Of a stretch of DNA of 64,000 nt, positions 21,144 to 30,183 are shown one piece after another. The notes under the pieces were generated by a model. It was not told the origin of the DNA. It saw only the letters and a program-made list of their open reading frames with translations, and did no database searches. The stretch comes from an uncultured Actinomycetes bacterium. GTDB taxonomy: Bacteria > Actinomycetota > Coriobacteriia > Anaerosomatales > CAVRZR01. Every line of letters begins with the position of its first letter. Positions within the stretch are counted from its first letter, which is position 1. The stretch is taken from assembly GCA_963725795.1 (NCBI GenBank), contig CAVRZR010000003.1, forward strand, positions 517,566-581,565, in the 5' to 3' direction. The position numbers and the translations under genes were made by a program.

Positions 21144-21812
21144 ATGCCTGCCGTCCCGGTGGATTCATGGCGACGAGATCTGCGTCCGCGAGTCTTCGCG
21201 ATCGTGTTCGCGCTCTCCGTGCTCTTCCTCGTGCTGTTGCTCTTCGGCGTGTTGATGTCGCCGGGGTTGGGACGGCTGGACGCGCAGGCATCAGCGGCGA
21301 TCCGCGCCTACCGTCCGGAGACACTCGTTCAGGTTGCCGTCTGGGTGACAAGCATCGCGAACGGGCTCACGATGCTCTTTCTCGTCCCGATCACCGCACT
21401 CGTGCTGTGGTTGGCCGGCCGCCATTCGGGGGCCATCGTGCTGATCGTCGCGGTGGCGGGAGGGCGGCTCCTCGGCAGCGCGATACAAATGCTCGTGCAC
21501 CGGGCCAGACCGGAGGGTGTGGCACTCATACCGTTGCCGTCGAGCTACAGCTTCCCTTCGGGCCACGCGCTTGCGGCTGCGCTGTACTTCGGCACGCTCA
21601 CCTTCATCGTTCTCGGTGAAGTGAGATCGCCCGCACTGCGCTACTCGCTCGTGGTGCTGTTCGGCGTGCTGGCGGTTGCCGTCGGAATGTCTCGCGTCTA
21701 CCTCGGCGTTCATTACCTCGGTGACGTCGTCGCCGGCTGGCTCCTGGGAGGCGCGGTAGTGATCGTCGCGATCCTCGGCTACTTCGCCCTTTCGCAACCC
21801 ACGGACCAGTAG
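21144..21812 (+). CDS. PAP2-family membrane phosphatase
   Basis: 'PSGHALAA' and 'SRVYLGVHYLGDVVAG' are PAP2 motifs C2 and C3. Multiple TM helices. Confidence 0.8.
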   Translation: MPAVPVDSWRRDLRPRVFAIVFALSVLFLVLLLFGVLMSPGLGRLDAQASAAIRAYRPETLVQVAVWVTSIANGLTMLFLVPITALVLWLAGRHSGAIVLIVAVAGGRLLGSAIQMLVHRARPEGVALIPLPSSYSFPSGHALAAALYFGTLTFIVLGEVRSPALRYSLVVLFGVLAVAVGMSRVYLGVHYLGDVVAGWLLGGAVVIVAILGYFALSQPTDQ

Positions 21813-21833
21813 CGGGAACATCCGCGAAAAAAT

Positions 21834-21864
21834 CAGGACGCGCCTTGGGGGTGGGCGCGTCCTG
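21834..21864. other. Strong GC hairpin with an upstream A-tract (terminator-like on the minus strand)
   Basis: 11-bp stem CAGGACGCGCC / GGCGCGTCCTG with a 9-nt loop. On the + strand it is preceded by AAAAAAT, which reads as a U-tract after the hairpin on the minus strand. Confidence 0.45.
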
Positions 21865-22030
21865 CACATTCGAGGGGCGTTCCCCGCCTTTGAGGGGGGA
21901 GGAGACGGGTCGCCCAGCTCTCGGAATTCTTGCAAGCAACACATATGCCACGCACACCCGAATCTTGGAGATTGACAGTGCATTCGCGGTCGACTCGTAT
22001 GGACAGGTCCGAACCAAAGGAGCCGTACAG

Positions 22031-22549
22031 ATGTCCGAGTTGATGATTCGTCCGGCGGTCCTGGAGGACGCTTCCCGAATCGCCGAGATATACAACCACT
22101 ACGTGCTGCATTCGACCAGCACGTTCGACGTCGAGCCGAAGACGCCCCAGGATCGGATGCACTGGCTCGACGAGCACGATGCGGCGCACCCCGTACTCGT
22201 CGGCGAGGCTGGCGGGACGGTGGTCGCATGGGGTGCGCTCAGCAAGTGGAGCGCGCGTAGCGCGTACCGGCATACGGTCGAGATCTCCGTCTACGTGGAC
22301 CGTCACGCCCAGCGTCGTGGCATCGGAGAGGTCATGACCCAGGCGCTCGTCACGGAGGCGGGGCGGTGCGGGCATCACGCGATCGTTTCCCAGATCGTTG
22401 CAGACAACGTGGCGAGCCTGCGACTCGCAGAACGAATAGGGTTCGAACGTGTGGGCGTACTTCGCGAGGTGGGCCGCAAGTTCGATCGTTGGCTGGACGT
22501 GGTACTCATGGAGCTCGTGCTCGCCGGGCCCTTTGAGCAGCGACACTAG
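22031..22549 (+). CDS. GNAT N-acetyltransferase, phosphinothricin/methionine-sulfoximine acetyltransferase-like
   Basis: ATG 22031 follows AAGGAG. 'IRPAVLEDASRIAEIYNHYV' and the acetyl-CoA site 'RRGIGEVM' fit PAT-type GNATs. Confidence 0.75.
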   Translation: MSELMIRPAVLEDASRIAEIYNHYVLHSTSTFDVEPKTPQDRMHWLDEHDAAHPVLVGEAGGTVVAWGALSKWSARSAYRHTVEISVYVDRHAQRRGIGEVMTQALVTEAGRCGHHAIVSQIVADNVASLRLAERIGFERVGVLREVGRKFDRWLDVVLMELVLAGPFEQRH

Positions 22550-22555
22550 GGCCGA

Positions 22556-22909
22556 TTAGTCCACGGTGCCCATCCACCCACTGTAGCCGTGCGCTGTGAT
22601 GGCGGAGTTGAGCTGGTCGCACAACTGCTGACGCCAGTAGTCGCCCGGCGGCAGGAGACCCACGATCTCGATCACCGGCTCGGGCATGTCGAGAGACTCG
22701 GCCCGGACCACGACATCGAGCCTGCTGACTACGGACGCACGCGCGAACAGGTTGTCCACGAGTCGCTGCATATCGGGCTGATCCTGCAACTTGCGCTCCT
22801 GCGCCGGAATGAGCGCGTGTCCGAGGTTTCCAGGTTCTGGTGTCGGTCGGGCGGCAACCCCAGCCGTGCTTCGCACGGTCGTGAGAGGATACACCGCCTC
22901 GCCGAGCAC
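22556..22909 (-). CDS. Hypothetical protein (start uncertain; alternative ATG at 22771)
   Basis: ORF with GC3 bias. No motif I recognise ('...PPGDYWRQQLCDQLNSAITAHGYSGW...'). No clear SD at either candidate start. Confidence 0.35.
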   Translation of the reverse strand: MLGEAVYPLTTVRSTAGVAARPTPEPGNLGHALIPAQERKLQDQPDMQRLVDNLFARASVVSRLDVVVRAESLDMPEPVIEIVGLLPPGDYWRQQLCDQLNSAITAHGYSGWMGTVD

Positions 22910-22944
22910 GGGGTAGTGAGCCGGGCGACCGCCTGCCGCTCACG

Positions 22945-22973
22945 TTGGAGGTACATACCGTACGGGGTATATA
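22945..22973 (+). promoter_or_regulatory. Sigma-70-like promoter for the 23008 membrane-protein gene, with an embedded CCGTACGG palindrome
   Basis: TTGGAG (22945-22950), a 17-nt spacer, then TATATA (22968-22973). The spacer contains ATACCGTACGGGGTAT. This is a locally AT-rich island in GC-rich DNA. Confidence 0.4.
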
Positions 22974-23007
22974 TGAAGCAGCAGTCAATGAAGGCAGGAG
23001 TGCAACG

Positions 23008-23415
23008 ATGAACTCGCGAATAGTCGCAGTCATGTCCCGTGTCGTCGCGGTCGCGTTCGGCCTCGTATGGGGCTTCTTTGTAGCGTTCAACGTCGTCTTC
23101 AGCGACATCTTCGGCGTGAACGACATGCTCGTCGCGATCGTCTACGTCCTCGCCGCGTACTTCATTCTCGGCCTGGCCTTCGGCGCACTCGGTCCGAAGA
23201 CGGGCTGGAAGTGGACTTGGTGGATCGCGCCGCCGGGAGTGATATTGGCGGCCCTGATGATCGCCGACAACCCAGATCGCGTGCTCTACGTCGCAGGGGT
23301 CATGGCAAGCGTCGTCGTGGCCACGCTCGGCGGCACCTGGCTCGGAGCGTACCTGCGCGGAACGCTGGCCAGGCGGCACGCGTCCGCCTCGGGTCTCGGC
23401 ACACCTCCGAACTGA
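23008..23415 (+). CDS. Hypothetical 4-TM membrane protein
   Basis: ATG 23008 follows GGAG. Four hydrophobic helices (e.g. VVAVAFGLVWGFFVAFNVVF). No recognised family. Confidence 0.55.
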   Translation: MNSRIVAVMSRVVAVAFGLVWGFFVAFNVVFSDIFGVNDMLVAIVYVLAAYFILGLAFGALGPKTGWKWTWWIAPPGVILAALMIADNPDRVLYVAGVMASVVVATLGGTWLGAYLRGTLARRHASASGLGTPPN

Positions 23416-23424
23416 GGCGCGGAC

Positions 23425-24004
23425 GTGGCTCATTTGAAGTTCGACACGGCCAAACTCGAGCGCCTGAACGATCCGGGTCGGTTCGAGTCGCTCGAACCCT
23501 GACGTCATGTGGGCTGCGCTCGGCGCGCCAGAGCGCGCTGTGGTCGTTGACGTTGGCGCAGGCACCGGACTCTTTGCTGCGCGTTTTGCGGAAATGGCCC
23601 CGGGTTCAACGGTCTACGCTGTCGACACCGAGGACGTCATGCTCGACTGGATGCGCGCGAACCGTGCCGAGGTAGCCTCAGGCAGGGTCGTTCTCGTGAA
23701 GGGCGAGGAGACGAAGATCCCACTGCCCGACGACTTCGCCGGCCTGGTCACGATGATCAATCTGCATCACGAGCTCGCCGATCCCGATGCGACGTACTCG
23801 GAGGTCCACCGTCTGACCAAACCGGGAGGACAGCTGCTGGTGGTCGACTGGAAGCCGGGCGATTCGCCCAAAGGGCCGCCCCAGAACGTCCGCGTCACTC
23901 CGGAGGTGCTCGCGGAGTCTGTACGGCGGGCGGGCTTCGTGCGCGTGCGCAGCCACGGTGGTCTGCCGTGGGCGAGTCTGATCACAGCCGAGCGAGAAGA
24001 CTAG
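23425..24004 (+). CDS. Class I SAM-dependent methyltransferase; one extra base at about 23500
   Basis: N-terminus 'VAHLKFDTAKLERLNDPGRFESLEP' is in frame 1, then GAA CCC t GAC GTC ATG TGG switches to frame 2. 'VVDVGAGTGLF' is SAM motif I. Confidence 0.75.
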
Positions 24005-25546
24005 TCGCCGAGCCACCCTCTGACAGCGTTCTCGACGCCGTCGCGGCCCGCGTCCGCGATTGCCGAGAAGCGCACTTCGCGTTCGTCTAGCTCCGCGAGC
24101 GCCCGGGGGACGCACGCGCCAGATGGCACGAGTTCCTGCACGCGCGCCAGCAGCCGAACGCCGCTCAGCGAAGCGTCTTCTGGCGACAGCGGCTCGGAGT
24201 AGGCGATGCCGGAAAGCGCCTTGTACACATCGGTCCCGAACTTCGCCCAATGAGCGGTCGCAACAACCAAGACCGGGTTCTCGGATCGCAGTCGTTCCGC
24301 GACCTCCCAGGCCACGGCCGTGTGCGGGTCGAGCAAGTAGCCCGTCTCGTCCCAGACACGCTTGATCGTGAGCAGACACTCATCGTTGGTGCAGAAGTCG
24401 GCAGCGTACATGGAGCGCATCTGATGAAACGTCTCGCGGTCGATCTGAAAGCGTCCCGTGTCGCGGAGGCTGGACATCCACTCTTCGATGCGATCGGTGG
24501 AACGTGCGAGTTCGTACAGCTGCCGCTCCAGGTTGCTCGAGATGAGGATGTCCATGGAAGGCGACGGCGTCGTGACGAAGTCGCGCCCTGCGATGTCGTA
24601 CACGCCCGTGTTGACGAGGTCGGTGAGCACGTTGTTCTCGTTGCTCGCGCAGAGCAGTCTATCGATCGGGACGCCCATACGCCGCGCGTAGTACGCGCCG
24701 AGGATGTTGCCGAAGTTGCCCGTCGGGACACATACGTCCATGGGCTCTCCGGCGATGACGCCGCCCGATGCCACCATGTCGGCGTACGCGCTCACGTAGT
24801 AGACGATCTGTGGCAGGAGCCGGCCCCAATTGATCGAGTTCGCGCTCGACAGCCGCAGACCGTGCGTCACGTGCAGCTCCTCGGCAAAGGCCTCGTCGTT
24901 GAAGGCGGCCTTCACCGCGCTTTGGCAGTCGTCGAAATTACCCTTTACGCCGAAGACGCCAACGTTGTCTCCGCGCTGGGTGACCATCTGGAGCCGCTGG
25001 ATGTCCGAGACGCCATCGGCGGGATAGAACACGACGATCGAGGTGTGCTCCCTGTTCGAGAACCCCTCGAGAGCGGCCTTGCCAGTGTCGCCGCTGGTCG
25101 CGACCAAGATCAGATAGTCGTCCTCGGCGAGTCCCTTGCTTCCGGCGGACCTCGATCGCCTCCGAGAAGAACAGCGGCATGCACTGAAGCGCCATGTCCT
25201 TGAACGCCTGGGTCGGTCCGTGCCACAGCTCGAGCACGTGCGTTCCCGCCGCGACCTCGGTGACAGGGGCGATGCGCGGGTCGTCCCACTGCTGACCGTA
25301 GGCGCGCTGCATCAGCGAATCGATCCGCTCTCGCGGCAGGTCGACGCCGAGCCGCTCGAAGATCGTGGCGGCACGCTGCCAGTAGGGCAGGCCGGAGAAG
25401 CGCAGGGTCTCCTCGAGGTCGAGGGTCGGCAGCGACTCGGGAACGTAGAGGCCACCGCCGGGCGCGATTCCCTGCACGATTACGTCGGTGAAGAGGGGAC
25501 GCGAGCTGTCGTCGCCGCGCGTGTCCACGTAGGTTAGGGCAGTCAT
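24001..25546 (-). CDS. thrC: Threonine synthase; one frame break near 25132
   Basis: N-terminal part 'YVDTRG...LELWHGPTQAFKDMALQ' carries the PLP lysine. It continues in another frame with 'LAEDDYLILVATSGDTGKAALEGF...'. The junction is CAA GGG a CTC GCC on the minus strand. Confidence 0.9.
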
Positions 25547-25722
25547 GCAGGCATGGTAACAGAGCCCCGCGCGACCGACGCGAGCGGCACTGGTGACGCG
25601 CGCTCCCGTGAGATGCGGCTCCTGTCGACGTCCTGCTACGCTGGTCTCGCCCGAGAGCGGGGGGCTGTGGCGGTGACGTCTGACGTCTCAGCGACCTTCA
25701 CTGTGTGAGGAGTGGTCCCAGC

Positions 25723-26907
25723 GTGAAGTACGTCGTCGTGATACTGGATGGGGCCGCCGGGTGGCCGCTCGACGAGCTTGGCGGTCTGACGACCCTGCAA
25801 GCGGCGAGGACACCGAACCTGGACGCGATCGTGCGCGAGGGTGCCCTCGGGCTGGCGCAGACGGTCCCGCCCGGATCCGAGCCCTCCTCGTCGGCGGCCT
25901 GCACGTCGATACTGGGATACGATCCCGTCGCCGACTACGTCGGCCGCGCCGCCATCGAAGCAGCAAGCATGGGAATCGAACTCGGGCCCGATGAGGTCGC
26001 GCTTCGCTGCAACCTCGTCACGATCCTCGATGGGCGCATGACCAGCTACGCCTCAGGCCATATCACCACCGAGGAGTCTCGACAGCTGGTCGCCGAGCTC
26101 TCCTCGGCCCTCGACGACGACGTGTTCCGGATCTACCCGGGCGTCGCCTACCGGCACCTCCTTGTGGTAGGCGGCGCCCATAGCGAGCTTGTGGATGTCG
26201 GCTACACGCCTCCGCACGATATTCCCGACAAGCCTGTCGCGGAGTACCTCCCGCGAGGGGAGGGGGCCGATCTGCTGCTCGACTACATGGAGCGCGCCCG
26301 CCCGATCCTGGCCGGAAGCGGGACCAACCGGGAACGTGTTGCGCACGGGAAGCTGCCCGCGACCGACGTTTGGCTGTTCTGGCCGGGCGTGGCTCCTTCG
26401 GGAATGGTGCCGTTCGCCCAGCGCAGAGGGGTGAGAGCGGCCATGACGAGCGGTGTGGACCTGCTGAACGGGCTTGCGGTGCTCTTCGGTATCGATCGGC
26501 TGCACATCGCGGGCATAACCGACGGACCCGACAACGACTACGCGGGTCAGGCCGAAGGGGCATTAGCTGCGCTGGACGACCACGACCTCGTCGTCGTGCA
26601 CGTGGAATCACCGGACGAGGCGGGACATGCGGGTGACGTCGCGGCCAAGATCGCGGGCATAGAAGCCATCGACCGCGAGGTCTTGTCCCGGGTGCTGGCT
26701 TACGACGGCGAACTGCGCGTGCTCGCGATGCCCGACCATCCGACACCCATCGCGCTCAAGACGCACGTCGGAGAACCCGTGCCGTTCGTCGTCTGGGGTG
26801 CGGGGATCGCGCCGAACGGGGCGTCGGCCTTTGCCGAGGACGACGCGCGGCGCACCGGGCTGATGCTCGACCCCGGCCGAGGCGTCATGGACACGCTGCT
26901 CGGATAG
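25723..26907 (+). CDS. Cofactor-independent phosphoglycerate mutase (ApgM)-like metalloenzyme; the family proposed to act as homoserine kinase
   Basis: 'VKYVVVILDGAAGWPLDELGGLTTLQAARTPNLD' and 'HVESPDEAGHAGD' fit the archaeal-type iPGM/alkaline-phosphatase superfamily. GTG 25723 lies 10 nt after GAGGAG. Divergent from thrC. Confidence 0.75.
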   Translation: MKYVVVILDGAAGWPLDELGGLTTLQAARTPNLDAIVREGALGLAQTVPPGSEPSSSAACTSILGYDPVADYVGRAAIEAASMGIELGPDEVALRCNLVTILDGRMTSYASGHITTEESRQLVAELSSALDDDVFRIYPGVAYRHLLVVGGAHSELVDVGYTPPHDIPDKPVAEYLPRGEGADLLLDYMERARPILAGSGTNRERVAHGKLPATDVWLFWPGVAPSGMVPFAQRRGVRAAMTSGVDLLNGLAVLFGIDRLHIAGITDGPDNDYAGQAEGALAALDDHDLVVVHVESPDEAGHAGDVAAKIAGIEAIDREVLSRVLAYDGELRVLAMPDHPTPIALKTHVGEPVPFVVWGAGIAPNGASAFAEDDARRTGLMLDPGRGVMDTLLG

Positions 26908-26951
26908 CCGCCAAGGCCGGCAGGCCGCTTTCGGCCGAGGGCGGCTGTCCG

Positions 26952-28281
26952 CTACAAGATCTGCAGGTAGGAGTCCCGTTCCCACTCGGTGACGCGCGTT
27001 CGGTAGTCGTGCCATTCGATCCGCTTGTTGCGGATGAACCACTCGAACACCTGGTCGCCAAGGGCGCTGCGCACCAGTTCGCTCTTCTCCATCTCGTTGA
27101 TGGCCTCGTTCAGGCTCTCCGGCAGAGAACCGATGCCGCATCGGGCGCGTTCGGCGTCCGACATCTCGTAGATGTTGTCCGTGACGTCTTCGGGTAGCGT
27201 GAGGCCCTTCTCGATCCCGTCGAGACCCGCCGCGAGCATGACAGCGAAGGCCAGATACGGGTTGCAGGCCGGATCCGGCGACCTGAGCTCGACGCGGGTC
27301 GCCTTCTCCTTGCCCGGCTTGTACATCGGCACGCGCACGAGGGCGCTTCGATTGCGATGGGCCCAGCAGATGTAGACCGGCGCCTCGAAGCCGGAGACGA
27401 GCCGCTTGTAGGAGTTGACCCACTGGTTGGTGATCGCACATGTCGACTCGGGCGTGCGTCAGCAACCCGGCGATGTAGGACTTGGCCGTCGCCGAGAGGT
27501 GGTACTCGTCGCTGGCGTCGAAGAATGCGTTGGTGCTGCCTTTGAAGAGCGACTGGTGGACGTGCATGCCGCTTCCCGCCTCGCCGTACATGGGCTTGGG
27601 CATGAAGGTCGCGTACACGCCGTTGAGCTGGGCGACCTCCTTGACTACCAGCCGGTAGGTCATGACGTTGTCGGCCATCTTCAGCGCCTCGTCGTAGCGC
27701 AGGTCGATCTCGTGCTGGCTGGGGCCGACCTCGTGGTGGCTGTATTCGACGTGGATGCCGAAGTTCTTGAGCGTTCGGACGGTCTCCTTGCGCAGATCGA
27801 CGGCGAGGTCTCGTGTGGTCATGTCGAAGTACGTGCCGTGGTCGAGCAGCTCGGTGCCCTCATCGTTCGTGAAGTAGTAGTACTCGAGCTCCGGGCCGAT
27901 GTAGAAGGTGAAGCCGAGATCCGCAGCACGCTTGAGCATGCGCTTGAGCACATTGCGCGGATCTCCGGGATACGGCGTGCCGTCCGGGCGTTCGACGTCG
28001 CAGAACATCGTCGCCACGAGCGTGCCCTGATCGCGCCACGGCAGGATCTGCAGGGTCGAGGGATCGGGCATCGCGATCATGTCGGACTCCTGGATGCGTG
28101 CGAAGCCCTGGATCGACGATCCGTCGAAGCCCATGCCTTCGTTCATCGCGGTCTCGAGTTCGTCGGCCGTGATCACGAACGTCTTCAGGAAGCCGAGAAC
28201 GTCGGTGAACCACAAGTGGATGAACTCGACCTCATTCTTGCGGATGGTCTCGATGGCTGCGGCGCGTGGATCGTCAGACAT
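26952..28281 (-). CDS. glnA: Glutamine synthetase type I; one frame break near 27446
   Basis: 'FIHLWFTDVLG', 'EAGSGMHVHQSL', then a frame change at ...LLTHAR/ESTCAITNQWVNSYKRLV..., 'RSPDPACNPYLAFA'. ATG 28281 follows AGGAG. Confidence 0.92.
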
Positions 28282-28301
28282 TGTCACTCCTGTGGTCGCA
28301 T

Positions 28302-28364
28302 ATTTCGGCGGGTTTTCCAGAATGTTTCGAGTGTGTTTCGTCCTATGGCTACAATAGCCGAAAC
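28302..28364. promoter_or_regulatory. Four 11-bp-phased nTTTC sites (GlnR-box-like) plus a TACAAT -10 in the glnA / gltB-like divergent region
   Basis: ATTTC-GGCGGG-TTTTC-CAGAAT-GTTTC-GAGTGT-GTTTC spans 28302-28339. TACAAT is at 28350-28355, framed by the inverted GTTTCG (28335-28340) and CGAAAC (28359-28364). Confidence 0.5.
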
Positions 28365-28419
28365 CGAGCCCGCCGCGATGAGCGGCGAGCCTCACTGATT
28401 CAAGGGGGTCTCACCGGAT

Positions 28420-30012
28420 ATGGGCACGCTTCAGCGACCGAATGCGAACGAGGCAACGAGGACGTCGAACCGCTCCAGAGACGTGGCGCCGGCATCGGGG
28501 ATATGCACTCGCTGCCTGGACGACTGCCGAGGCAACTGCGAGGTCTTCAAGTCCTCCTTCCGAGGCCGCGAGGTCATCTATCCGGGACCCTTTGGAGACA
28601 TGACGGCGGGTGGGGACAAGGACTACCCGATCGACTACTCGCACCTGAACATCATGGGGTACGCGCTCGGCTCGAAGGGTCTGCCCGAGGGCGTCGAGGG
28701 CACTCCGGACAATACCCTCTTCCCGATGGTCGACACCGAGACCGAGTTCGGCGTCACGAACAAAGTGAAGATGCGCGTGCCGATCTTCACGGGTGCTCTT
28801 GGCTCTACCGAGATCGCCCGCAAGAACTGGGAGAGCTTCGCGGTCGGAGCCGCGATATCCGGAGTCTCGATCGTGTGCGGTGAGAACGTCTGCGGAATCG
28901 ATCCCGCCCTCGAGCTCGACGCGAACGGCAAGGTCGCGAATGCCCCCGACATGAAGCGCCGTGTGGAGCAGTACCGCCGCTACCACGAGGGCTACGGCGA
29001 CGTACTCGTGCAGATGAACGTCGAGGACACTCGGCTTGGTGTAGCCGAGTACTGCATCGAGAAGCTTGGCGTCGAGACCATGGAGCTCAAGTGGGGCCAG
29101 GGAGCGAAGTGCATCGGCGGGGAGATCAAGGTCGACTCGCTAGAGCGTGCGCTGGAACTGCAGAAGCGTGGCTACCTGGTCACTCCCGACCCGTCCGACC
29201 CCGCCGTCCAAGCCGCGTTCCACGCCACCGCGATCAAGCAGTTCGAGCGCCACTCCCGCCTCGGGTTCGTGGACGAAGAAGGCTTCTACGCCGAGGTGCA
29301 GCGCCTCCGCGATCTCGGTGCCAAGCGCGTCACCTTGAAGACCGGCGCATATCCGATGCGCGAGCTCGCCATGGCGATCAAGTGGTCGTCGAACGCCAAG
29401 ATCGACCTCCTGACCATCGATGGCGCGCCGGGCGGAACCGGCATGAGCCCCTGGCGCATGATGGAGGAGTGGGGCGTGCCCACGTTCTACCTGCAGTCGA
29501 TGACCAATGAACTCGTCGAGCGCCTGGCGGCGAAGGGCGCGTACGTCCCGGATATCGCGATCGCCGGCGGTTTCTCTTCGGAAGACCATATCTTCAAGGT
29601 CCTCGCCATGGGTGCGCCGCACACCAAGGCGGTCTGCATGGGTCGCGCACTCATGATCCCGGGATTCGTCGGGAAGAACATCGAGCGTTGGATGGCCGAT
29701 AACGACCTGCCCAGGACCATCGCGGAGTTCGGCACGACCAAGGAAGAGATCTTCGTCACTTATGAGACGCTGAAGGCGAAGTACGGCGCCGAGGTCGCTC
29801 AACTGCCGCTCGGTGCAGTCGCCGTGTACACATTCGCCGACAAGCTCAGAGTCGGACTGCAGCAGCTCATGTGCGGCTCCCGCAACATGCGCATCAACAC
29901 GATCGGCCGGGACGACCTCATGGCCCTCACGCCGGAGGCCGCCCAAGTCTCGGGGATCCCGTACGTGATGGATGCTTACCGCGAAGAGGCCATGGCGATC
30001 ATCGACGCGTAG
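28420..30012 (+). CDS. FMN-binding glutamate-synthase-family protein (GltB domain-2 type, archaeal-like)
   Basis: N-terminal Cys cluster 'CTRCLDDCRGNC'. 'ELKWGQGAKCIGGEIK', 'IDGAPGGTGMSPW' and 'IAIAGGFSSEDHIFKVLAMGA' are typical of the Glu_synthase FMN barrel. Confidence 0.8.
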   Translation: MGTLQRPNANEATRTSNRSRDVAPASGICTRCLDDCRGNCEVFKSSFRGREVIYPGPFGDMTAGGDKDYPIDYSHLNIMGYALGSKGLPEGVEGTPDNTLFPMVDTETEFGVTNKVKMRVPIFTGALGSTEIARKNWESFAVGAAISGVSIVCGENVCGIDPALELDANGKVANAPDMKRRVEQYRRYHEGYGDVLVQMNVEDTRLGVAEYCIEKLGVETMELKWGQGAKCIGGEIKVDSLERALELQKRGYLVTPDPSDPAVQAAFHATAIKQFERHSRLGFVDEEGFYAEVQRLRDLGAKRVTLKTGAYPMRELAMAIKWSSNAKIDLLTIDGAPGGTGMSPWRMMEEWGVPTFYLQSMTNELVERLAAKGAYVPDIAIAGGFSSEDHIFKVLAMGAPHTKAVCMGRALMIPGFVGKNIERWMADNDLPRTIAEFGTTKEEIFVTYETLKAKYGAEVAQLPLGAVAVYTFADKLRVGLQQLMCGSRNMRINTIGRDDLMALTPEAAQVSGIPYVMDAYREEAMAIIDA

Positions 30013-30070
30013 GCGAAATGAACGGTGAGCGCGCCGTCCGCGAGGACGGCGCTGCGCTCATAGCGTTGAT

Positions 30071-30103
30071 GTCGAAGGGCGCCTCGATGAGGCGCCCTTC
30101 GAC
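30071..30103. terminator. Perfect 15-bp hairpin downstream of the gltB-like gene
   Basis: GTCGAAGGGCGCCTC-GAT-GAGGCGCCCTTCGAC. No clear U-tract. Confidence 0.45.
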
Positions 30104-30130
30104 AACTGCGCGCAGGGCCAGCGCCGGAAA

Positions 30131-30160
30131 CACGAAGAGGCCCCGCGGGGCCTCTTCGTG
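30131..30160. terminator. Second perfect hairpin in the convergent gap (bidirectional terminator candidate)
   Basis: CACGAAGAGGCC-CCGCGG-GGCCTCTTCGTG, between the gltB-like gene (+) and the SHOCT gene (-). Confidence 0.5.
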
Positions 30161-30183
30161 TAATGCAGAGCAGCGTCCTCTGA

